Source: Micromonospora sp. (GTDB lineage Bacteria; Actinomycetota; Actinomycetes; Mycobacteriales; Micromonosporaceae). Taken from it: a stretch of DNA of 21,393 bases. Below, in pieces: positions 1-9,540 of this stretch. The translations under genes and the position numbers were made by a program. The stretch spans positions 1 to 21,393 of the forward strand of contig DASULK010000273.1 of assembly GCA_036278255.1 (NCBI GenBank). Direction: 5' to 3'. Each line of letters opens with the position of its first letter. Position 1 is the stretch's first letter. The notes under the pieces were generated by a model, which saw nothing but the letters and a program-made list of their open reading frames with translations, was not told the origin of the DNA and did no database searches.

Positions 1-2762
1 TAGTCGGTGCCGGTGATCGCGAACGCCATCCGCCCGTCCTGCGGGACCAGCGTTAGGTCGATCGCCTGCGTGTTGACCGCGAAGCGATGCCGGCCGAGCT
101 GGATGGCATCGCCACCGTCGCTGTAGAGGTCGATGCGGTCCCGCAGCGCCCGGCCGGCTTCCTGGCGGGCGGCTTTGATCCGGCCAGCCAGCTCCTCCGC
201 GCGGACGCTGTCGCCGAGCGCCCGCAGTTCATCGGCAACACTGTGCAGCTTCGTGATCATCGGGTCGGACCCGAAGTACGTGTTGACCTCGTCCAGAGTC
301 CGGAGGCTGCCCGCCCGGCGGCGCACACTGGTCAGAATCCGTTCGGCGGAGTCGACCAGCCGGTCGGCACGGCGGGCCCGCTCGTCCAGCAGCGCCTGCC
401 GTCGAGAGGAGAAGGCCTCGTAGATGTCGGTCCGCTTGGTCGCCAGCTCGTCCAGGAAGTCGTCGAACTCACCGAAACGCGACTCCAGGTTCTCCACTTG
501 AAGCAGCAGCCGGCCCAGCTGCTCGTCACAGGCCTCGACCGTGTCGGCCACGGCAAGCGCGCCGGTGATGGCCTGCCCCAGCAGGGTGAACTCGGCCGCG
601 AAGCCGGCCCGGCCCTCCGCCGCCCGCAACTGCCGGCGGCGCCCGTCCAGAATGGCCCGCGCCCGGTTGACCCCGGCGAGCACCTCGCCGATCCGCTCCA
701 GGATCACCGTCCGTATGGTGGCGTCGGCGATGTCGAGCGTGCCGACCACTTCGGTGAGGACCTGCAGCCCGTCCGCCTGCTCGCTGATCCGCCCATTGAC
801 GGGGGCGGTCTCGGCCACGGTGGTGATTGAGCCGGCCTGCGTCATCAGCCGCTCGACCTCGGCGTGATATTCGGTGAAGGCCTCCTCCCCCTGGAGGAAC
901 CCGACTGCCCGCTGCCCGGCGGCGGCGAGTTCGGCCGTCAGCCGCTCCGCCAGAGCGTCGACCCGCTCGGTGTCGACGTGGCGCAACTCCCGCAGCGTCA
1001 CCAGATGGCCCTGCGCCTGCCGCAGCCCGGCGAGCTGGCCCACCCAGGCGTCCGCGGTCAGCGGCACCTCACCGCGGACCCGCCGTACCAGGGACGCGAT
1101 CTCGGCCTCCGCCTCGTCGATCGCCTCCGTCGCCTGGGCGGTGAGGGCCTGCACCTTCTCGAACTCGTCGAGCACCTGCTCGGCGGTGGAGCGCACCTCG
1201 GCCAGCGGGGTAAGCAGGTCGCCCAGATCCGGTTCACCGAGCCAGTGGTAGTGGTCGAAGCAGCGCTGGCAGGCGGCGATGAGCGCTTCGAAGACAGCCA
1301 CGGCCGGCAACATCTCGCCGACCATGGCGGCCACCGACAGGCAGTCCGAGATCCCCCGGACCAGTTCGGCGTTCCCCACCCGCTCCAACGGCCCGGTGCC
1401 GACCGGCTGCGCTGCCGCATAAATGTCGGAGACGTGCGGCGTCTGCCAGACCTGCATCGGATGGACCCGGGTCGGCTCCTCCGAGTCGGCGCGGAACACC
1501 ACCAGGGTGCCGTCGTCGAAGAGTGAGTAGCCGTGGCAGACGAGCGGGTTGGCGACCTCCTTGCGGATGACGTTGTACGGCAGCAGGTGGCTGCGTCCGT
1601 CCTCACGGGAGTGGAAGACGTAGAGCACGTCCTCGCCGTTGGTCGACCGGATGACTCGTTCGAACTCCAGGTCGGTCACATCCGCGTCGAAGGTGCGACT
1701 GATCCCGGTCACCAGGTAGTAGCCGCCGGGGAAGATGATCCCGTGGTCCTCCGGCAGCCGCTGGCAGGCCTGGCCGATCCCGTCGAGGCGGACAACATCC
1801 TTGGTCCTGGTGTTGAAGACCAGGTGCCGCCACTCGGTCTCCTTGTACGGGCGAATCCGCAGCAGGATCAGCGGCCCGACCCGGGCGTAGCGGATGTCGG
1901 CGTCGGCGAGGCTCTGCAGCGGCTCGTCAACCGGCTCGCTGTAGATCCCTTCACCGGTCTCCGTATTATTTTCGATCTTGATGGTGAGGTTGCCGCCGAC
2001 CGTCTCGACGAAGACCTCACCCCCGATCGAAATGTGCGGGTGGCGGCCGAGGACATGGTCGTCGCGGGTCGTCTCGACCCATTCAAAATCGTGCGACGGC
2101 GGGAAGATGTGGTCGCGCTCGCCCCGGTTATCGAGATATTCCACCGACCCGTCGCTGTCCACCCGCCACCGCAGCACCCGGATGTCCTCGGTGCGGGGAC
2201 CGATCTGGAAGACCGCGAGGAGCCGCCCGTCGAGCCGGCGCAGCTGCAGCAGCCGGGTCTGCCGGTAGTAGCGGTACAACTCCTCGAAATCGCGGACGAA
2301 CTGCGGATCCTGCAGCAACGCCGGCGGCTCCTCGGGGCCGGGCTCGTCGAAGCGGAACGCCATCCCGTCCCGGCTGAACCGGTGCAGCGAGAAGACATCG
2401 GCGACGGTGGTCTCCGGTTTGAGCCCGATGAAGACGTTGTAGCCGAAGAGCATCAGGCCGTTGCTGATCGACACGATGTCGCGGGGCACGCAGTTGTGCT
2501 CGGTGCGGATCCGCTCCGTACCGATCAGGCTCAGCTCCGCGCCGCCGAAGACCTCCAGCCGCTGCGCGTTGAGCGCCTCGGCCCGGCGCGCCAGTTCGGT
2601 GGCACGCTCCGCCAGCCGGGCCCGGAGCAGCTCATAGGTGCCGGCCTCGAGTCCGACCTGTCCGTTCTCGCCGTCGACGGCTGCCGGGGCACCCCCGGCC
2701 GGCGCTGCGCCGGCCGGGGTCCCGTCGACCGCTGCCGTGGCGTCGGTCACGGCCTCAGTCAC
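1..2762 (-). CDS. Large conserved hypothetical protein, 3'-partial because it runs off the left edge of the window. It has an N-terminal coiled coil, a beta-rich globular region, then a long alpha-helical/coiled-coil region. It sits in the operon downstream of flotillin.
   Basis: It is not in the ORF track because no stop codon lies inside the window. On the minus strand, the frame sharing codon boundaries with plus frame 0 (lower coordinate = 0 mod 3) is open from ~2762 down to position 1. The plus-strand ORFs 87..830, 864..1526 and 1533..2855 are all in one frame, interrupted only by two TGA codons that read as Ser (TCA) on the minus strand. Plus-frame first positions are almost all G/C, which means minus-strand GC3 is above 90%. 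Plus-frame codons ending in A/T (gat, gaa, gtt, gta, ctt) become the preferred atc, ttc, aac, tac and aag on the minus strand. My translation is protein-like (MTDATAAVDGTP...TYELLRARLAERATELARRAEALNAQRLEVFGG...RLLAVFQIGPRTEDIRVLRWRVDSDGSVEYLDNRGERDHIFPPSHDFEWVETTRDDHVLGRHPHISIGGEVFVETVGGNLTIKIENNTETGEGIYSEPVDEPLQSLADADIRYARVGPLILLRIRPYKETEWRHLVFNTRTKDVVRLDGIGQACQRLPEDHGIIFPGGYYLVTG...long helical region...RHRFAVNTQAIDLTLVPQDGRMAFAITGTD). Candidate GTG starts are at 2762..2760 and 2750..2748, which is 8 nt overlapping or 5 nt downstream of the flotillin stop (2757..2755). No Walker A motif appears in the visible ~915 aa. Confidence 0.7.
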   Translation of the reverse strand, partial: MTEAVTDATAAVDGTPAGAAPAGGAPAAVDGENGQVGLEAGTYELLRARLAERATELARRAEALNAQRLEVFGGAELSLIGTERIRTEHNCVPRDIVSISNGLMLFGYNVFIGLKPETTVADVFSLHRFSRDGMAFRFDEPGPEEPPALLQDPQFVRDFEELYRYYRQTRLLQLRRLDGRLLAVFQIGPRTEDIRVLRWRVDSDGSVEYLDNRGERDHIFPPSHDFEWVETTRDDHVLGRHPHISIGGEVFVETVGGNLTIKIENNTETGEGIYSEPVDEPLQSLADADIRYARVGPLILLRIRPYKETEWRHLVFNTRTKDVVRLDGIGQACQRLPEDHGIIFPGGYYLVTGISRTFDADVTDLEFERVIRSTNGEDVLYVFHSREDGRSHLLPYNVIRKEVANPLVCHGYSLFDDGTLVVFRADSEEPTRVHPMQVWQTPHVSDIYAAAQPVGTGPLERVGNAELVRGISDCLSVAAMVGEMLPAVAVFEALIAACQRCFDHYHWLGEPDLGDLLTPLAEVRSTAEQVLDEFEKVQALTAQATEAIDEAEAEIASLVRRVRGEVPLTADAWVGQLAGLRQAQGHLVTLRELRHVDTERVDALAERLTAELAAAGQRAVGFLQGEEAFTEYHAEVERLMTQAGSITTVAETAPVNGRISEQADGLQVLTEVVGTLDIADATIRTVILERIGEVLAGVNRARAILDGRRRQLRAAEGRAGFAAEFTLLGQAITGALAVADTVEACDEQLGRLLLQVENLESRFGEFDDFLDELATKRTDIYEAFSSRRQALLDERARRADRLVDSAERILTSVRRRAGSLRTLDEVNTYFGSDPMITKLHSVADELRALGDSVRAEELAGRIKAARQEAGRALRDRIDLYSDGGDAIQLGRHRFAVNTQAIDLTLVPQDGRMAFAITGTD

Positions 2763-4797
2763 TGGTGCGTTGCCTCGGTGCGTTACTACCCGCCCGCAGG
2801 GCGTTCAGGGCGCCCAGCGGTGTGTCGGCGATGCCGAGGCGCTGCGCCGTGCTGAGCAGCTCACGCAGCTTCTCCGCCCCCGACCCGCCCGCCTTGATCT
2901 GCTGCAGCAGGAAAGCCGAGAGCGTCAGATTGGAGACGTCGGCGGTGCTGAGTGAGCCGAGCAGCCGGGACAGGTCCTCGGTGAAGTTGGCCGAGCCGTC
3001 CAGCCATGGCCGGGCCAAAGCCTGGGCCACATCGGAGTTGGTGACGAAGCCGTCCACGCTCTTGCCGAGCGAGATGGAGTTGACCAGCCGGTCGAAGAAG
3101 ACGCTCTCCCCGCCGACGATGTCGATGTTCGCCTTCTCCAGGCCCGCCGCGACCACCATCGCCTGCGCATCGGCGACCTGGCGCTGCACGTCGATTCCGG
3201 CGAGGCGGATCTCCTTCTCCGCCTCCAACCGCAGGCGGTACTCCTCGTGCGTACGCGTCGCATCGTCCAACGCCGCCATCGCCGCCGCCTTCTCGGTCAG
3301 CCCCTCGGCTTCGCCCTTCAGCTTCTCGCGCAGCCCCTCCGCCATCGCCAGGGCCTTCTCCCGCTCCACGGTGGCTTCGGCCCGGCCGACCTTCTCGATC
3401 GCCTCGGCGTCCCGCTCCCGTACCTGCACCTCGGCCAGGCCGGAGGCGGCCGTCTCCGCCTGGACCCCTTCGGCCAGCCGGATCTTCGCCCGGGCGTCCA
3501 GTTCGGCCGCCTGCTGGCGGGCCTCCGCCAGGACCAGCTCCTCGCGGGCCCTGTGCTTGGCGGCCTGCTCCGCAGCTTCGGCGGCCTTGATGTCCTTGAC
3601 CAGCCGCTCCTGCGCCTCGGCCTCGGCCTGGATCACCACCGCCTGGCGGGTGCGCTCGGCCTCCTCGACCGTCCGCAGGCGCTTGATGTTCTCCTCCTGC
3701 TCGGCGACGGTCTTCTCCACCGCGATCCGCTCCCGGACCAGCTCGGCGATCGACCGCTTCTCCGCCTCGACCTCCTTGTCCTTGGCGATGGTCGACAGCT
3801 CGGTCTCCCGCTCCCGGGAGATCACCTCAAGGAGGCGGTCCTTCTCGATCCGCTCGGTCTCGATGGCGATGACCCGCTCGCGGTTCTTCTCCGCCACCGC
3901 GATCTCCCGGGCCTGGTTTTCCCGCTGGACGCCGAGCTGTTCGTCGGTCCGCAGATGCGCGGCCGATGCCTTGAGCCGCTCCTCGGCCTGGACCTTGGTG
4001 GTCTCGGCTTCTTCGCGCGCCCGCATCGTCTCGACTTCGCGTTTCTGCTTGATCTCGGCCTCGGCCTGGCGCCGTTCGAGTTCCAGGATGGTCTCCCGGG
4101 CCTCGACGTTCTGCCGGGTGATCTCCTTCTCCTCGTTGCGCTGGTATTCGTTGGTGCGCACCTGCTCGATCGCCGTCAGCTCAGTGATCTTGCGGATGCC
4201 CTGGGCGTCGAGGATGTTCCGCGGGTCGAGCTGTGACAGCGGCGTCTGCTCCAGGATGTCGATGGCGGCGTCTTCCAGGCTGTAGCCGTTGAGATCGGTG
4301 CCGATCACCCGGATGATCTGGTCACGGAACTCGTCCCGCTTGGTGTAAAGGTCGACGAAGTCGAGTTGCTTACCGACGGTCTTGAGCGCCTCGGAGAACT
4401 TGGCGTTGAAGAGTTCCTGCAGGGTCGCCTGGTCGCTGGCGCGAGCAGTACCGATGGCCTGGGCGACCTTGATGACATCTTCGGAGGTCTTGTTCACCCG
4501 AACAAAGAAAGTGATCTTGATGTCGGCGCGGATGTTGTCCCGGCAGATCAGGCCATCGTTACCGGATCGCTCGATCTCGATGGTCTTCACCGAGATGTCC
4601 ATCGTCTCGGCCTTGTGCAACACCGGCAGCACGACAGCGCCGGTGAAGGTGACGTCGACGCGACGTACCTTCGAGATGATCAGGGCTTTGCCCTGCTCGA
4701 CCTTGCGGTACAGCCGACTGACGCTGAGCATCAGGCCGATGACGATCAGAGCGACGACGGCCAACAGCACGACGAAGCCTGTGGTGATCACATCCAT
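2755..4797 (-). CDS. Flotillin / SPFH (band-7) family protein. It has an N-terminal TM helix, an SPFH domain, and a long Glu/Ala-rich coiled coil.
   Basis: The ORF is 680 aa. The N-terminus (MDVITTGFVVLLAVVALIVIGLMLSV) is a membrane anchor. An SPFH-like region follows (ALIISKVRRVDVTFTGAVVLPVLHKAETMDISVKTIEIE...). Then comes an extended EA-repeat coiled coil (AEAEAQERLVKDIKAAEAAEQAAKHRAREELVLAEARQQAAELDARAK...), typical of bacterial flotillins (FloT/YqiK-like). The RBS AAAGGGA lies ~8 nt upstream of the ATG at 4797. The gene sits immediately downstream of an NfeD-like gene with a 11-nt gap. Confidence 0.9.
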   Translation of the reverse strand: MDVITTGFVVLLAVVALIVIGLMLSVSRLYRKVEQGKALIISKVRRVDVTFTGAVVLPVLHKAETMDISVKTIEIERSGNDGLICRDNIRADIKITFFVRVNKTSEDVIKVAQAIGTARASDQATLQELFNAKFSEALKTVGKQLDFVDLYTKRDEFRDQIIRVIGTDLNGYSLEDAAIDILEQTPLSQLDPRNILDAQGIRKITELTAIEQVRTNEYQRNEEKEITRQNVEARETILELERRQAEAEIKQKREVETMRAREEAETTKVQAEERLKASAAHLRTDEQLGVQRENQAREIAVAEKNRERVIAIETERIEKDRLLEVISRERETELSTIAKDKEVEAEKRSIAELVRERIAVEKTVAEQEENIKRLRTVEEAERTRQAVVIQAEAEAQERLVKDIKAAEAAEQAAKHRAREELVLAEARQQAAELDARAKIRLAEGVQAETAASGLAEVQVRERDAEAIEKVGRAEATVEREKALAMAEGLREKLKGEAEGLTEKAAAMAALDDATRTHEEYRLRLEAEKEIRLAGIDVQRQVADAQAMVVAAGLEKANIDIVGGESVFFDRLVNSISLGKSVDGFVTNSDVAQALARPWLDGSANFTEDLSRLLGSLSTADVSNLTLSAFLLQQIKAGGSGAEKLRELLSTAQRLGIADTPLGALNALRAGSNAPRQRTSD

Positions 4798-4808
4798 CAG
4801 GGATCCCT

Positions 4809-5465
4809 TTATGCGTGGGTCGAATGGTGGGGGCCGAGCGCGGCGTCGACCGGCGTTACCCAGAAGAACTCGCCGTTGACGTCGTAGTCATAGATGAGAG
4901 CGGTGCTGCCGGCGGTGAGTGGCGCAGCACCGGAGTCAGGTGCCCGGTCGGTGGCCTGGCGCACCTGGATGACGGCGGACGAGCCGTCCTCGGCGGTGAC
5001 CTCAGCCTGCCCGAAGTCGGGGGTGACCTGGCCGGTGCGGATGACGCAGAGGCTCCCCACGAAGTTGCGGCGGGATACCTCCGGGCCACCTGCGTAGACC
5101 TGGCGCAGCGGCCGGACGAGCAGGCGGGCGGCGAACCACCCCAGAACCAGGGCGGCCAGCAGCACCCCGACCGCGAGGGCAACACGGGACAGGCTCGACA
5201 CCCCGAGGTGGTTGAGCAGGGCGGTGCCGGCGAGGCTGACGAACCAGCCGACGGCGATCAGGATGGAGAGCACGATCGTGATCGGCACCCCGCCGAGCCC
5301 GAACCAACCCACGAATCCCGGGCCACCATCGGCATCGATATCAACATCACTGTCGAGATCGAGGCCACCGAAGAGTACGAGCGCCCAGTAGCCGACGACG
5401 AGGACGAGCAGGAAGGTGAAGAGGACCGCGGGGAACCCGAAGGCTGCAGCGAGGAAATCGCCCAT
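4809..5465 (-). CDS. NfeD-family membrane protein (YuaF/YqiJ-like), the usual partner of flotillin.
   Basis: The start is taken as ATG at 5465..5463 (MGDFLAAAFGF...), with RBS GGAGGAG 7 nt upstream. The ORF track begins 8 codons earlier. It has three N-terminal TM helices followed by a C-terminal soluble beta-rich OB-fold-like tail (RRNFVGSLCVIRTGQVTPDFGQAEVTAEDGSSAVIQVRQ...GEFFWVTPV). The stop is 11 nt before the flotillin start, giving the canonical nfeD-flotillin operon. Confidence 0.8.
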   Translation of the reverse strand: MGDFLAAAFGFPAVLFTFLLVLVVGYWALVLFGGLDLDSDVDIDADGGPGFVGWFGLGGVPITIVLSILIAVGWFVSLAGTALLNHLGVSSLSRVALAVGVLLAALVLGWFAARLLVRPLRQVYAGGPEVSRRNFVGSLCVIRTGQVTPDFGQAEVTAEDGSSAVIQVRQATDRAPDSGAAPLTAGSTALIYDYDVNGEFFWVTPVDAALGPHHSTHA

Positions 5466-5597
5466 CGGCTTGCTTCTCCTCCCCCGCACCGGCTCATGCC
5501 ACCGCCCGTATTCAGGTGTGGATGAGCCCTGCTGTGCGTCACCGGTAAGAAGATGATCGCACGGCCCGTCAACCCGCCGGTGTCCCGTGTGCGGGCG

Positions 5598-6848
5598 TCA
5601 GCGGGGCACCTCGATCCGCCCTTCGGCGGCGGCCAGGGCGATGTCGTGCCGGTGGTGGGAGCCGGCGAGTGAGATCCCGTCGACCACGGCGTAGGCGTCC
5701 TTGCGGGCGGCGGCGAGGTCGGGGCCTGTTCCGGTGGCGCAGAGGACCCGGCCGCCGGCGGAGAGCAATGCGCCGTCGGCGTCTCGTCGGGAGGTCCCGG
5801 CGTGCAGGACGCCGGGGCCCTCGGCACCGGTGATCACATCACCGGTGCGGGGTGTCGCCGGATAGCCGGCCGCCGCAACCACGACGGTGACCGCCGCACC
5901 ATCCCGCCAATGCAGCGGCGGGTGTTCGGCGAGAGTGCCGGTCGCTGCGGCATGCAGCAGGCCGCCGAGCGGGGTCTCCAGCAGGGCGAGGACGACCTGT
6001 GTCTCCGGGTCACCGAACCGGGCGTTGAACTCGATCACCTTCGGCCCGTCGGCGGTGAGCGCCAGCCCGACGTAGAGCAGCCCGGCGAACGGGGTGCCGC
6101 GGCGGCGCATCTCCGCCAGAGTCGGGTGGACCACCCTGGCCAGCACGTCGTCGACCAGGTGGGGCGGCGCCCAGGGCACCGGGGCGTACGCCCCCATCCC
6201 GCCCGTATTCGGGCCGGTGTCGCCGTCGCCGACCCGCTTGAAGTCCTGGGCAGGCAGCAGCGGCACCGCCGTCTGGCCGTCGGTCACCACAAAAAGGGAC
6301 ACCTCAGGGCCGGCGAGGTACTCCTCGATCACGACCCGGCCGCACTCCGCCGCGTGCCGCAGGGCCGCGTCGCGGTCGTCGGTGACCACGACCCCCTTGC
6401 CGGCGGCGAGGCCGTCGTCCTTCACCACGTACGGTGCACCGAACTCGTCGAGGGCGCGTGCGACGGCGGCCGCTTCGGTGCAGGTCCGGGCGCGGGCGGT
6501 GGGGACACCGGCCGCCGCCATCACCTCTTTGGCGAAGGTCTTGGAGCCCTCCAACTGGGCGGCGGCGGCCGAGGGCCCGAAGCAGGCGATGCCCTTGGCA
6601 CGTACGGCGTCGGCGGCCCCGGCCACCAGGGGGGCCTCCGGTCCGATCACCACCAGGTCGGCGGCGGTCTCCACGGCGAGCGCCGCGACGGCGTCCGGGT
6701 TGGCGACGTCGACCGGCCGTAGCTGTGCCACGGCGGCGATGCCGGGGTTACCCGGCGCTGCAAACAGTTGTTCGATGGTCGGGTCCGCGGCCAGGCCGAG
6801 CGCGAGCGCATGCTCCCGCCCCCCGCCACCGATGAGGAGTGCGCGCAC
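5598..6848 (-). CDS. purD: Phosphoribosylamine--glycine ligase (GAR synthetase).
   Basis: The N-terminus is the PurD hallmark VRALLIGGGGREHALALGLA..., with an ATP-grasp region (PYVVKDDGLAAGKGVVV). The likely start is GTG at 6848..6846, giving 417 aa, with AGGA ~9 nt upstream. The ORF track's 15-aa upstream extension is probably not real. Confidence 0.93.
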   Translation of the reverse strand: MRALLIGGGGREHALALGLAADPTIEQLFAAPGNPGIAAVAQLRPVDVANPDAVAALAVETAADLVVIGPEAPLVAGAADAVRAKGIACFGPSAAAAQLEGSKTFAKEVMAAAGVPTARARTCTEAAAVARALDEFGAPYVVKDDGLAAGKGVVVTDDRDAALRHAAECGRVVIEEYLAGPEVSLFVVTDGQTAVPLLPAQDFKRVGDGDTGPNTGGMGAYAPVPWAPPHLVDDVLARVVHPTLAEMRRRGTPFAGLLYVGLALTADGPKVIEFNARFGDPETQVVLALLETPLGGLLHAAATGTLAEHPPLHWRDGAAVTVVVAAAGYPATPRTGDVITGAEGPGVLHAGTSRRDADGALLSAGGRVLCATGTGPDLAAARKDAYAVVDGISLAGSHHRHDIALAAAEGRIEVPR

Positions 6849-6883
6849 GAGTCCCGATCCTACGCGCTCCCCCCACCCCACTC

Positions 6884-6944
6884 CGTTGATCATGAAGTTG
6901 TCTCAAAAAACGCGCACTTTTCGGAGATAACTTCATGATCAACG
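6884..6944. repeat. AT-rich ~60-bp palindromic element. It has 16-bp perfect arms (CGTTGATCATGAAGTT / AACTTCATGATCAACG) around a 29-nt A/T-rich spacer (gtctcaaaaaacgcgcacttttcggagat) that carries a secondary TCTC/GAGA inverted pair.
   Basis: Read directly from the sequence in the 116-bp gap between the purA stop (6965) and the purD start (6848). It is strikingly AT-rich for this genome. It could be a purA terminator hairpin, a purD operator, or a miniature inverted-repeat element. Confidence 0.6.
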
Positions 6945-6964
6945 CGGCGGGCGGCGGGGAGAGG

Positions 6965-9455
<2,491 letters not shown>

Positions 9456-9477
9456 GGGGCTACCCGGGCCAGTCGTG

Positions 9478-9497
9478 ACCGAGCGGCCGCGCTCGGT
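9478..9497 (+). terminator. Small GC hairpin (ACCGAGCG-gccg-CGCTCGGT) 23 nt after the stop of the 8379..9455 gene.
   Basis: It has an 8-bp perfect stem and a 4-nt loop, followed by a tract with some T residues (agcgtgaatgctt). It is a weak intrinsic-terminator candidate. Confidence 0.25.
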
Positions 9498-9540
9498 AGC
9501 GTGAATGCTTATCCTCGGGCGGGACTAGCGGAGGTAACCA

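Noticed and set aside
53-2398. Minus-strand ORFs 53..241, 332..556, 1058..1606, 1603..1833 and 1868..2398.
   Set aside because: They translate to Ser/Thr/Arg/Cys-rich products, meaning they are in the wrong frame relative to the true minus-strand gene. They are off-frame artefacts.
87-2855. Three long plus-strand ORFs (87..830, 864..1526, 1533..2855) in one frame.
   Set aside because: They are antisense shadows of the real minus-strand gene at 1..2762. Their translations are low-complexity D/V/L/R/Q/P/H-rich. Their codons often end in A/T. Their first codon positions are almost all G/C, which is the GC3 of the opposite strand. Both internal stops are TGA, which reads as TCA (Ser) on the minus strand.
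4811-4825. tRNA T-arm-like string GGGTCGAATGGTGG.
   Set aside because: It is inside the NfeD coding region. No flanking acceptor or anticodon stem structure, and not the GGTTCGAATCC consensus.
2765-4887. Plus-strand ORFs 2765..4285, 3247..4236, 4366..4887 and 4382..4879.
   Set aside because: They lie antisense to the flotillin and NfeD genes. Their translations are Ser/Arg/Ala low-complexity or Leu/Gly/Asp-rich and motif-free.
5802-6930. Plus-strand ORFs 5802..6722, 6094..6930 and 6434..6835, and minus-strand ORF 6748..7155.
   Set aside because: They are shadows of purD or run through the purA-purD palindrome. The Arg/Pro-rich products are typical of an off-frame high-GC translation.
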